Shown piece after piece: positions 25,601-38,564 of a stretch of 64,000 bases of DNA (positions within the stretch are counted from its first letter, which is position 1; every line of letters begins with the position of its first letter). Below the pieces are notes generated by a model. It saw only the letters and a list, made by a program, of their open reading frames with translations. It did no database searches and was not told where the DNA came from. Source of the stretch: Callorhinchus milii (taxonomy: Eukaryota); contig NW_024704742.1 of the NCBI RefSeq assembly GCF_018977255.1, forward strand, positions 85,872,001-85,936,000, written 5' to 3'. The translations under genes and the position numbers were made by a program.

Positions 25601-28520
25601 ATGAACATAAAGTGCTTTATAGACACGTTTGTCTATACATAAACTTATACTGTTCTCAACTTAAACATGTTTTAACAAATAGACTGACGGTCGGGGGGGC
25701 CAGTGGAGCCACACTGTCACATTGACAGCTGCTTGCTCTGCACAGGCACAGTGTAGGTCCTCCTGGCCACAGCGCCCCTCATGGCCCTGGAGGACTCATG
25801 CACACAAAGTCACCATGGATATAGTCACTGAGCTCTTTTCCCTGGAGTGACGATATATCAGGGGTTTACTGTATTGGTTGATGATATATCAGGCGTTTAC
25901 TGTATTAATATTGGGTAAGTGACCATCTTCCCACCCTAATTTGGGTTTGTTGGTTGTAACAACCACCTCAGCCCGAGAGATTAACTAATGACAAAAACTG
26001 GGGTCAAACCATGTCTTTGTGTTCTGTGTAATTCAGTCACTTTATGGGGTGAAAATTGTGATGTGTAATATGTTGACATTGATAGTGCTAAACATGTTGA
26101 AAAAAATAAACCGGTTGATAATTAACAAATTGACTGGGCACCAAGTGAGCCTGAGATGAAAGCGTCCCCCCAAGCCCTTCCCAAAGATTGTGGCCAGAAC
26201 TTAACTGCACCATGCATTAGATTTCCAGCTCATGGATCATGGCAATTCTTGCATTTTATATAGCGCCTTATCACATTGAGATAAAGCGCTTCACAGGATA
26301 TCCTGTAAAGTAGATTGACTGTGTATTTTGTGGGTGAAATGCAGCAGCCAGTTGTTCATAGCAATGTCCCACAAACAGCCATAAAGTGAATGGCCAATTT
26401 TATTTGGGGGATTGTTGGACAGGACACCGGGAGAAACTTTCTTCTCTTTTAGAGTTGTGCCATGGGATTTTAACATCTACCTGAACAGGCAGTTGGGACC
26501 TTGGTTTAACGTCCCATCTCCGACAATGCAACACGCCCAGAATTCTGGACCATGTGTAGCTCTATTCAGTCCTCGATAGAGGCAGGTTGACAAAGACGTT
26601 ATGCCTGATTTAAAAATAATGCATAGCCTAATCAGTAATGTCAGAGATCTTTCAGGCTGTCCATTTTCAGACCCCCTTAGAAAGCTCCCAGGCAGTAATG
26701 AGAACAGTTTAATCTTACTACGGTAAACTCTGGTTAACTTTCCCCCCATGGACATTTTTTATTTAATGAAAGTGATTTAAAGTATCATAGAGGTGCAAAT
26801 CTCTTCAATGTGTTACAAAAGCGTTTTTAAAATAAATATTATTTGCAGTGGTTCAAACTATAACTACTGTAGGGGAATATCAAAACCAAACTCAATTCGG
26901 TCCATCCCTCCAAAGTCCTCATACTCACTTTCCACCAAGGGGGGAGAGAGACACAGAGAGAAGTTATTGGGTGATGAATACAAGCAGGAATCTTGGCTGA
27001 TCTTACTATCTCTAGTCAAGGAGTCGAGAGGTCAATTGTAGTGCCCCATGTGCTATCCAGACAGAGCACACACCAGGAATCAAACCTGATACCTTCTAAT
27101 ATGTATGCCTTAGTGCTACACTGAGCAGTGACTTTACTGACTGGGTCATAGGTGGAGCCAAGTCCCAAACCAGTTATTCCAGAGCTCCCTTATCAACTAC
27201 AACTGATTTAAACATCTCCACAGGACTGATAGCAATTTGCACTTACATAGTCACTGCAGCCTGATGTCTTCTCATCTTCTCTTTTGTGCTATATTAAGCC
27301 ATGCCCTTGCTCAATGGGTCATAGTGAAGCCAAGTTACAAACCAGTTATCCCAGAGCTCCCTTCTCAACCTCAACTTTTTTTTAAACATCTCCACATAAT
27401 CCAACAACAACAACTTGCATCTATCTTGCACCCTCTACGCAAATACGGTATGTGTAGAGCTTGTAAACAACCATTGGATTCTAAACAATGGCAGCAGAAG
27501 CCAGAAAATGGGCTGAGTGAAGTTGCCCGATATTCAGGTGCAGCTCTCCTCACGAGAGGATATTGAGACCAATTGTTAAGCACCATGAGATCTGCTAACT
27601 CATCATATACCAGGGATCGAGCCTACCTGAGTGTCCTTGGCTCGGTAATGAACAGAGCAGTGCCCTTATCAAGTGAGCCATTGAAGGAGCTCCACTGCCA
27701 GCATATTCATCTTTTCACCAATATCATCAGCTCTATGTCTACCCCCACCACAGTCAATGTACCTTTCACTTAAAAGATACATGATTTAGATATGTATACC
27801 TCTGTGTTATAAATAAAGACAGATAAATGACAAGCAATGTAGAGTAGAAACTCGGTTTCAGGTTCTGCAGATGTTCAAAAGCTGATTAAGCTTCTCAATT
27901 TTCGAGACTCAGAACCAGTCTGTTTAATTATTACTTTGCATCTTGCGTCCAGCCTTTATTAACCCTATAGAAATCCTTTGAGTTAAAAATATCTAAGCTC
28001 CACGGTAACATATCCCCCGTCCAACAAAATATACTGCATTTTATTGGGAATCTTTGACAAAAAATACTACATTCAGCAGAGGAATCCTACACAAAAAAAA
28101 CTGACTGCTGCTCAATGGCATGCATACTGCAAACAATTGGGGGAGCCGAGGGCAATGAATACTAACTTCTGTTCACTTCCCATTAATGTCTGTCAGCAGT
28201 TTCTGAAATGCTGGGGCAGCATTAATGAATAAAGGCTCCAAGTCATTTGGTTGAAAAAAATAATTGTTTTTAGAAGAAATCAACACAGAGGCAAAATTGT
28301 GAATCAAAATGGCCTGGAGTAAGGGATGAAAATGGTGATTATTTTAAATAAGCATTACTGAGGCCTGCATTCAACAGCCGATGTTTTAATGTGTGGTTTT
28401 ATTTCTCCCACGAGGAATCCGTAAGTACATTTCACTCTTGCCTAGCCTCCTCATGCACTGGCAATAAAACACTGGAACGTCAATAATTGAACACCTTCCT
28501 TTTGTTCTCCATTACAGCAC

Positions 28521-28552
28521 CTATTACTTGAGCACATGTGCTCAAGTAATAG
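28521..28552. repeat. Perfect 32-bp palindrome
   Basis: CTATTACTTGAGCACA|TGTGCTCAAGTAATAG. Confidence 0.97.
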
Positions 28553-29839
28553 ACCTAAAAAGGGAATAATTTAGGAGTGTGAATGGAAAACTAAGTCTAT
28601 GTTATCCATGCCCATTTCATCAGTCCATTCCCTGAATGGTTTTAACTCTTTTTCTGCAAAAGTTTTTTTTGTTGATGCCCTGACTGTTAATTTAGACTTA
28701 ACCACAGAGAGTGGTGATATATATGGAATGGACTACCCAGAGAGGTGATGGAGGTAGACTGTGTCAGCAAATTCAGGAGTTCGTTAAATGAATAGCTATT
28801 TGCAGAAGAAATTGCTTGAGAGATGTATAGGGTTATTTATTTTACTTTGGGACGGGATTGATCTTTTGTAGTACTGTGCTTACATTACTAAATATGTCGC
28901 CATGATCTCACATTTGATCACATTTACAGACTAAATGAAGGCAAGCAGAGACTGGACTATCACTGACATGAGCTATTGATTATTTTGCACAGCCAGCTGA
29001 CAAATATTCAATTCAATACTAAGAAGATAAAGTTGATAGCTCTGTCAGAACAAAGTAACCGTCGAGAAACAAATTAAACATTAATGTTTTCACAGACATC
29101 TGGAAAGGCTCATCCAAAGCTATTAAAATATCAGTAGCCCATTTCCAATTATCTTTTGTTTAATGACATTTTCTTTCTATTCTATACAAGTCGATTGGTG
29201 CAACGCTTTCCGGTGCTATATCAAATGCAAGCATTATTGTTATTCAAACCTGTACCCTGACATTTCTCCATCATTAGATGCCTGATGTAGCACTTAATAA
29301 TAATGCTTGCATTTGATATAGCGCCTTATCACGTCACTGAGATGTCTTAAAGCATTTCACAGAATATACTGTGAAGGGAATTGACTGTGTATTGTGTGGG
29401 CGAAATGAGGTAACCAATTGCCCTGAGCAGTGTCCCACAAACAGTCATGGATTGAGTGACAATTATTTTTTAAAAATTTTTTGACGGGATTATTACACCT
29501 GGAAAGTGATCTGCCAATTGACTAACAACCCGGGGTGTGGACTAAAGAAACTTGCCAAAGGTTTCGTTTCACCCAGTAGTCGAACCTGGGACCTCTCGCT
29601 TGCGAAGTGAGCGCGCTAACCACCATGCTGCGGGACTTTATTGCTTTCTGTTGCAATTCTGAGATTTTTCGTCTGCTCAAAATTTCCAATCCACGTAAAC
29701 CATTGCGTAAGCATGGATCAGGCTCCAGAAAAACTCCAGACATGGCCCTTGGTGAAGATTATTTAGACATTTGTGCCCTCAGGAAATAGCTGTCATTTTC
29801 TGATATCTCAGTTGCCATTGGCTGTATCCTGTTATTATG

Positions 29840-30170
29840 CCTCTTATATTTATATCCTGTTATTATCCCTCCACTCAGATTCTGCTTCAGGTTCTCCGCC
29901 TCGCTCGCCCCACGATAGGTCGGTGGGCCTTCTGCCACTCTTCCCCCACTCTCTGGAACTTCATCCCACAGTCCCTGTGCGTCACCCCCTCCTTTGCCTT
30001 TTTCACGATGCATCTCAAGACCCTCCTCTTCAAGCGTGCTTTCGATCTCCCTGCTTCACCCCTGCCCTCCAACCTCCCCAATCCCGACCTCCAGCTCGGG
30101 TCTGAAACTCTGCCTGTCCAGCACCTTGGGATATCCTCCCGAACGTGAAAGGCACTTTACAAATGTTATT
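29840..30170 (+). mobile_element. L2 3' end
   Basis: TIGRWAFCHSSPTLWNFIPQSL..HLKTLLFKRAF plus L2 tail. Confidence 0.82.
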
Positions 30171-32219
30171 TTGTTATATTTTGTTATATTTATTTTAAGT
30201 CCCTTTTCCATCACAATGCACCCAGCAGATCACACATACACTCTTATTACATCTGACCAGATTCAACTCATTTACTCAGGAAATGCTTACAACAGTTATG
30301 CAATGCCCATGCTTGCATATCACTCAGGTGTTTTGTTTAGGTGGGGCAGGGTGCATCTTACCATTTATGATGCTGCATGGATATTTCATAGAATATTTTT
30401 CCATCAGAAAATAATACAGAAAACAACTCACTCCACCAAACAATAGAGCATAGAACAGGGCCGTGAGGAGCATGGGATATGATTTGAAGGGTACTTCTTC
30501 GACAGTGCTTTCAGTCGTCTTTCCCCTCCCCACCCTCTTCGGTTCCCACCTCCGGAGCCCAGCCAGCTGTGTGAAGCTCTTTGAGACGTCCTCCCAATGT
30601 GAACACTTCTATATAAATGTAAATTGTATTGTATGAGTGAATGCCATTTAACATATGTATTGGATCTCCCTGTCTTTCACCATTCAATTGATAGTTGCTG
30701 CTTAGACGGTTCCTTCCTTGTCCCTCTGAAACATAGTGGTTATATGGTTTAAGCGCTCTGAGCTGAAAGGAATTTTATTATTATAAATGTTAATTAAGCC
30801 TAAGAACACCAGAAACTTTGATCCCCACAAGTCTAGGAATTGAATAGTGCAAAGTTAACTTTAGCAGCACTGACTGTCCACCACCTGTGGGAGCAGAATC
30901 TCTGGTGTGGACAGAGTGCACCAAAAAGGGTGTAAAAGATATAAATAATAATAATAATCCTTGCATTTAATATACCAACTTATCACGTTGATGAGACATC
31001 TGAAACGCTTCACAGAACATACTGTAAAGTGGATTGACTGTATTTTGTGGGAGAAACGAAAGCTCCCGGAATAATAATAATAATAATGTAATAGTAATCC
31101 TTGCATTTGATATAGTGCCTAATTATGTCATTGAGATGTCTCAAAGCGCTTCAAAACTGCATTAATAATGTAAAGTGGATTATGTGGGGGGGGGAAACCA
31201 GTTGAAAGACAAGTCAGGTGAAAGAAAGGTCCTGCGATGAGGCTGACTTTGTAATGGAAAGTGCGAGGCTGTGCTTTTTGATGCAGGGCTGCGGAAATCC
31301 CAAGGGGCTGCACAGTCATTGCAGGATGATTGATTTATATTGTGTTTGTATTTCATGTTGACATGAATTCGGGACGTGTTTACTGTGTGATCTCTTTGCA
31401 AATGGGTTTGGCAAGAAAACCAGAAAAAAGGCAAGACGCCATCCTGAGGATGTGTCCCATCAGGCAGATGATATCTGCTGTTCCAGATCCTTTTGGGGAC
31501 AGAAGTGGGGCTGGAGAGAACAGTAGTGAGTGTAACTCCCTTCCTCCCCTGGGGCATTGCTCTCCCCTCCCCTGCCTTTCAGAAGAGAGAGACTGCCACA
31601 CACCCAGAGCACTGCAGAAAGCCTGCGAGGAAAGGCAATCTGCTTGCTGATCGGGAGAACAAGGCAAAAGGCAAGTCACAAGGCAAGTAAGTGTGCAACC
31701 AGCAGCTCCACCACACTGCACTCACAGAAAGTTTCCAACCCACAGCTACACTTCCTGATTTGCAAGCTTAGGGTTTTTGTTTGCAAATACTGTAACTCTC
31801 TTAGGTTTCCAAAAAAAAAACAATTCAGAACTGCTGGAGAAGGTGGAATGCGTTAGCAGGCACACAAGGTTGAATAGTTTGCACTGAGGATCCAGAGGGT
31901 GGGAATAGGGGTGAAGGTGGAATGAAAATCCAGCCTCAAGCCTCCCCACGATTGCTGTGCTGTGCTTTGCTCCCTGGCACACAAGAGAGAGAGAGCTGCA
32001 ATAGACCTGTCCTCTGCTCTTCTCGGGCTTCAGGTAAGATCACTCCTGCAGATCTCCCCTCCTCCCTGCAGTTATCGACAAATGGAGACATTTGTGCTTG
32101 TAAGAGCGAAATAATTTGTCTCCAGGAAGTTTTTCTCATCCTCTCCCATGTCCTTCGCTTCATTATTGTTCTGCTGCTTGTGTTTGTCTGACTGCAGCTC
32201 TCAGCCTTCACTGCTATAG

Positions 32220-32907
32220 TGACAGTCAATATATATATATACATGTTAATATATATTATAATAATCCTTGCATATAAAATTTGATTGAAAAACTACAGTT
32301 GTATAGTTCACTCAAGTTTCAAACCAGACCTGGTCAAGTTGATTTGGTCGGATTCGGTTTCAGTGGAGAAACGCACAGACTGAGACAGACATCTGTTCTG
32401 TTCTTCTTTGCTGCCCATAACTCTTTCAAAATAAGAGGCCAGTCAAAACCTAAGCAAAGATACAGTATTATTACACTAAATGCATTTCTCAAATGGAAAA
32501 AAAACCTTATTTCCAGCCAGCTGGAAGCAAAATATTTTTGCAACAATAAAGCCCACCCAAAGATAAGGCTCTTGGAATTACTGTATAACACATACACAAC
32601 TCCCAAGGTCACTCGAATTAGTTTTAACAGCAAAATTTCTGGGCAACACATAACCCTTTGCTTTGCAGATACTGTACTGCAAACGATGCCTTTTCAACCA
32701 GGTTTAGAAAACATTTTGGATAGCCAAGTTAGTCTAACTAGACATCTGTGTTTTAAATCAGTAGAATAAAATGAATGTGCTTATTACAACCAGATCTGGT
32801 TTGAAACTTGAGTGAACTATATAACTCGTTTTTCAATCAAATTTTATATGCAAGGATTATTATAATATATATTAACATGTATATATATATATATATTGAC
32901 TCTGTCA
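32220..32907. repeat. Inverted repeat, ~115-bp arms (32220-32334 / 32789-32907)
   Basis: gtcaat(at)n acatgttaatatatattataataatccttgcatataaaatttgattgaaaaac..tatagttcactcaagtttcaaaccaga, mirrored. Confidence 0.95.
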
Positions 32908-33214
32908 GAAAGATAGAAAGCAGCCTGGGACTTGAGAAGATTATTTTACATTTTATAGAAGCATGAATTTTGATTTAGTACAGAAGTCATTTGGCCCTGT
33001 ACAAGGTTAGCTCCCCCACTAGAGTTATCCATTGGTTCGAACCCAGTGTCCCCTCTGTTGAGCCTAGACATTTTAGTGCGGTTATAAATCAACAAAGCAC
33101 TACTGAGCAGTCAGGAATCCCCCTTGTTCAACCTCAGGTCACAGGCTTAATGAGCAGAGTGGTGACTGGATCGTGTATCTCCAACCTGCGAGTGCTCCCA
33201 GGCCATTAATATGT

Positions 33215-33455
33215 GGGGAGAAATTCCACTGGGTCTAGATTTACTCCATTAATGTAGAATCTTAAGAGCATCCAGAACGTGACAAATTCCTAAATGCAGC
33301 CTTCATTTTCGAGCCCTTCTCTCTTAAGTTTCTTTTAAGAACCACAGATAACTGATTTCAAAGCTAAGACTGAATTCATCAATTTGTCAAATTCCGGAGA
33401 CGCTCAGAAATATTAGATTAACAGAGGAAATCTAGACCTGGGTGGAATTTTACCC
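33215..33455. mobile_element. MITE (~240 bp); reverse-oriented copy at 41770-42024
   Basis: TIRs GGGAGAAATTCCACTGGGTCTAGATTT / AAATCTAGACCTGGGTGGAATTTTACCC plus subterminal inverted repeats. Confidence 0.75.
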
Positions 33456-34244
33456 TGGTGTCATTTCCACCCTCCAAAAGTCATATTTTTTTTTACCACA
33501 GTGTCATTTCCACCTCTGGAACTCTGCACAAATGCTCAATCACAAAATTTAAAAATTCAAAAAAAATTCAAAATGATTTTAAAATTAATTTTTCAAACTG
33601 AGCTGATTTGCAGAGAATTAGCTGCAACACATCCAACTGCATGGGCTGGCCTAAAAATACACACTCAATGCACATTACAGTTAAAATCCAATAAAGTGTT
33701 TCTGGGACATTTCGGTGGTGTGATAATAATAATAATCCTTGCATTTGATGTAGCGTCTTGTCACTGGGACAGTTCAGAGAGCTTCACAGAATATATTGTA
33801 AAGTGGAGTGACTGTATTTATGGGTGAAATGTGTCACATCAAAAATGCACAATTTATTATCCAGGATTCACTAACATCCTTTTCGCAACTCCTGCAATTT
33901 AGGTCCCACTGGCTTTGTAAGCAGCAAGGAAGGACATGTCATTTTGATGACAGTTGTGTCATGTGCAAATGAGGCAGTCACCAGTGCAGCAATGCATTTT
34001 ATGGCAATCTATGGCATCATATTGTGCCAACTTGGCAAAGACAGAAACAAAACGTTCAGTTTGCTAACACTTGCCATGAAAACAATGGGGTCTAATTGTC
34101 TCTTTAAAACATTTCCTGACAATTGCCCTCTAAGGGAGCAATAAACCTGACTAATAAACACTGGCTGTTACAGGCATCTCTCACAGATTGATTCAGAGAT
34201 CGATGGTACATTAAAACTGTTTTTTGGTACCAGTTCTTTTCTGT

Positions 34245-35005
34245 AAACAACAAGAATAGAACCACATTTGTATAGCGCCTTTCACGTCGGGAGGAATTTC
34301 CAAGGCACTGGACAATCAGTGTTTCGGACCTGAGCTGGGGGGGTCAGGATCGGGGAGGGTGAAGGGCAGGGGGAAAGAGGGTGCCTAGTTGAAGAAGAAG
34401 GTCTTGAGATGGGTCTTGAAGGAGGCAAGGGAAGGGTGAGGCAGAGGGACAGCGGGATGCAGTTCCAGAGGACAGGGGCAGAATGACTGAAGGCTTGTTT
34501 GCCAATCGTGGGGGCGGGCGAGGTGGGGGAAGTGAAGCAGGCTGGAGCAGGCAGGATGGTAGGAGGTTATGAGGTCGCAGAGGTAGTGGGGAGCAAGGCC
34601 ATGGAGGGCTTTGAATGTGAGAACCAGGATCTTGAATTGTATCCTCTGTGAGATGGGAAGCCAGTGGAGTCGGGTGAGGACGGGGTTAATGGGGTCCCGG
34701 AGCCTGGTGCGGGAGAGGACACGGGCTGCAGAGTTCTAGATGATGTGCAGCCTATGGAGGGAGGAGTTGGGGAGGCCGACAAGCAAGGAACTTGCATAGG
34801 CAAGCCTGGATGTTATGAATGCATGTATGAGGGTTTCGGCGGCCTGCGGTGTGAGGCAGTGGCGGAGCCGGGCGATGTTGCGGAGTTGGGGAAGGCAGAG
34901 CGGGTCATGGCACGGATGTGGGGTAGAAAGGATAGTTGAGGGTCAAACAAGACACCGATGTTCCTGACTGGCTTGGTAAAGTAAAGTTTAAGGCAGGAGG
35001 ACAAC
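34245..35005 (-). mobile_element. L2 3' portion (~760 bp)
   Basis: VRNIGVLFDPQLSFLPHIRAM; tail at the left end (tttgtatagcgcctttcacgt). Confidence 0.85.
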
Positions 35006-35029
35006 AATTAATCAATTTACACTTTAGCT

Positions 35030-35470
35030 AATAATAATAAGAAACCTATTTGATATAGTATCTTTCATGTTGGGAGGACATGTTAAAGCTCCTCATAAGA
35101 TTTATAGACTGTGTACATTGCAGGTGAATGTGGCAGCCAATTTCCGCAGCATGTCAGACAAACAGCCTTGAAATCATAGAATCATAGAATTATACAGCAC
35201 CAAAAGAGGCCATTTGGCCCATCGTGCCCGTGCCAGCATGAATGAATCACCAAACTTTTCTGGGGGATTGTTGGCCTGAGAGAAACTCTCTTCTCTTTTC
35301 ACATAATGTCACTGCATCTGAACAGGCAGACGGGACCTCGGTTTAATATCTATCTGAAGGACAGCATTTCTGTCAGCCTACATTGTGAGCGCAAAGTCCC
35401 GACTTGGGGCTTGAACCCACAACCTTCTGACTCACAGGCGAGAGTGCTACTAACTGAGCCAGACTCACAC
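35030..35470 (-). mobile_element. Full-length Deu-type SINE with a nested ~65-bp CR1 tail (~35172-35237)
   Basis: Head cttgaacccacaaccttctgactcacaggcgagagtgctactaactgagcc, Deu core and tail; (atcataga)2 insertion. Confidence 0.85.
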
Positions 35471-35949
35471 CAAAATAGATAATAAATTGTGAATATTAAC
35501 TAGAATCGACTCGAGAAAAATGAAGAGGAAGAGATTGTTGGTCATTCCCTTTAGAACCGCTTGCGAGACATTGCTGTGCGCAAATTAACTTCCCGCGTAC
35601 TCCTACACATACACAGTCACTACTCTTGAAAACAATTGCCAGTGAGCCCTGTGAGAAATGTCAACATTTTAGGCACTGTATCAAATGAAAGGATTATTTT
35701 CACAGTATTATTGAGTCAACGGCTTGTTTTTCCTTTTTATGCCCATTAGGGGTCGTCAATGCCACACTTCTTCTTTTAAAGTGGGAGGTGGAGAAAGAGC
35801 GAGAGAGAGATTTACACTTTCTTAAAGCAGCAGCATATGACGAGGATGTGAAGCCACTCCTTATTCCTGTGGCTGTAGGAATCCGATCCGAGCATTGTTC
35901 ACTTCCTTTTGCAATCGGCTGCTGTGTTGGGGGGGTGGACAGAGCTGAG

Positions 35950-36700
35950 GTTGCACAGGCAAGAAGCTGGGGAGAGAGAGAGAGAGAGAGAGAAAGAAAG
36001 AAAGTCTGGATTTGTGGGAAAGGCAAGAGAAGGGAAAGCAAGGCGAGGTTGGCAAGATAGCGCTTTAAGCGCAAGTTCCCATGTAGCGGCCGCTGCTCTC
36101 CTAGCTCTGTGTCTCTCGCATGCACAGATACACACACAGTGAGTGAGTGATTTAAAGCCCAGGGAAAGATGCCTGAGGAACACAGACCTGCAGATTGCTA
36201 TTAGCTGCAATCCCGAAACCATTATGACTGGCACTGCTCAGCACACAACGTCTGGTTAACTCTCTCTCGCTTTCTTTCTCTCGCTCTTTCTCTTCCTCCC
36301 TCCCACCCCTCCTCTCCCTCCGTTTTCTCTTCTCTTTTTGTAATCCAGCACGTTTTGGAAGAAGGTAAGGACAGGCGCTGTGTATGAGATTGCTGTGTGT
36401 GAGTGAGCGCTGTGTTTGATGAGTGTGTGTGTTTTTGGGAGTGGGTGGGTGGGAGAGAAAGGATTGACCGAGGAGACAATGTAGCTCTCGCTCTCTCTCT
36501 CTTTCTCTCTCGTCTCTCTGTCTCTCTCCCTCTCCATCCCTCCCAGAGGAATCCCCTCCCTCTCTCTGTGTGGAAGCTGGGCTGGTACATCATTTAGCCC
36601 TCTGGGAGACACACACGAGACACACACTCACACACACAGAGGAGAGAGAAAGAGAGTAAGTGTGGTGAGAGGTTGAGAGGGAAAAGTTTACCTCTTTTTC
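35950..36700 (+). promoter_or_regulatory. CEMIP2: Candidate CEMIP2 promoter / non-coding first-exon region
   Basis: TE-free segment, locally CpG-richer (GCGGCCGC ~36087), with (GA)n, (TC)n and (CA)n tracts and a strong donor AAG|GTAAGG at 36364/36365. The first coding exon has an acceptor 12 nt upstream of its ATG, so an upstream non-coding exon is required. Confidence 0.4.
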
Positions 36701-38239
36701 TCAGATGGCGCTGTGGAACTTGAAAAATAGGAATCAGCATTTTTTTAACATTGGGGGAATTTGTGTCTGTTGAAGCAGATCTGGGCTCTCACATTCCTGT
36801 CTTTTTGAGGATTAAATGGTGCCCATCCTCCCCCCTCGTAACCTTCAATATAATAGCCAGGACTTGACACACTGATAAGAATTCAACTGTATTGATGCCT
36901 TGAAAGAAGTTGCTTCCTTCTTCTCAGAAGGAAGGAAATAGTTTTGTGTGGGTTGAATCCGGTTGTCAGCTTATCGAGCCTTTTGTATGAAAGAGTTTGC
37001 AAGCAAAGTTGCATTACAATCTGGGTGGTAGAGACCAGGACACTGGACTGATTTAAACAGCTGCTTGATGCAGTGATGGGGTTTGGGGGGGCTGGGGGTG
37101 GGGGATGGTAGGGCCAGTGTCCTGAAGGGATGATATCAGATGAGAGGGGAGAGTAAGCACTGCATCATTGGAGGCAACAACAACAACAACAAAATTACGT
37201 TTGTATAGCGCCTTTCACGTCAGGAGGACGTCCCAACGTGCTGGACAGTCAGTGTTTCGGACCTAAGAAACACGAAAACAAGAAACACCATCCTTCAGAT
37301 GAGATGTTAAACCAGTTCTGTGCCCGTTCAGGTGGACTTTAAAGATCCTATGGCACTATTTGAAAAGAGAAGGGAGTTTCTCCCGGTGTCCCGGCCAACA
37401 ACCCCGAAGGTAAAATGGGTCATTTACTTCATTGTTTTTTGGGACATGTCTGTGTGCAAACTGACTGCTGCGTTTTCCTACAAAACACAGGGTCGCTACA
37501 CCCTTTACTGTAAATCCTGCAAAGCACTTCGAGAGGTCTTCTTGACGTTAAAGGTGCTCTATCAAATGCAAGGATCATTGTTACTATTTTTATTATCATT
37601 GTTATGTCATTATCAGTAAGTTTGGGATTTTAGTCACTATAGAATTACAGAATATTCGAAGCAGCACAGTTCATTCGGGCCATTGAGTCTATTGATTAAT
37701 TTTATCCATACCAGCCACTTAGTTTAAAACAATAACTTGCATTTATATTGTGCCCTTCATGTGGGTTGCATCTCAGAGCCAGTTTAATTCTCTCCGGCTT
37801 GATCCCCATACCATTTAATATTATTTTTCAATTATTTATGTAATTGTATTTTAAAGAATGTATTGACTCTGCCTCCATAACAATTGGCAGAGAACATCAC
37901 ATTCTGCCCACCATGTCCAGTCTCTTTTTTTTCTAAGAGGTTTATTTTAACCTCCCCTTTAATTATTTTTGTGATTATTGTTGCACAATTGATCGATTGC
38001 AAGATCCTCACATGTGCCCAAATCCCTTTATGGCCTGGCACTTCCCTACCTCTCCGACCTGCTTATTCCGAGTTTATGTTTGCTTATATTTAAATATTCT
38101 GCTTATATTCGCTGCGTTTTTCCCACAAATATACATTCAATTCACTTTACAGTATATTCTGTGAAGCGCTTTGAGACGTCTTGAAGATGTGAAAAGCGCT
38201 ATATCAAATGCAAGGATAATTATTTTATTATTATTCCCC

Positions 38240-38530
38240 ATTCCACCATCTGCTGCCTTCGCTCAGTGGGCTCCGGCCTCCTCCACGTCCCTCATCCCCT
38301 CCACCATCAGCAGCCATAGTGTCAGCCACTACATCCCAAGACTTTAGAACTCTCTTCCTCAATCCCTCTACCTCAGTCGCTTTGCTGGTCTTCAGATGAC
38401 ACCTGAAGACCTTCCTCTTCGACCGTGTCTGCAGTCATTTCCCCCTTCTCCTTGGCTCAGAGTCAGGCTATGCCTCTATTAAGAGCTCGGAGACCCTACA
38501 CCTTTATAAATCTATACAATGCAAGTTGTT
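38240..38530 (+). mobile_element. L2 3' remnant
   Basis: ccaccatcagcagccatagtgtcagcc...cctgaagaccttcctcttcgacc...ctatacaatgcaagttgtt. Confidence 0.65.
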
Positions 38531-38564
38531 TTTAAATTTGTTGAGTAATTATTATTATTTGGCC

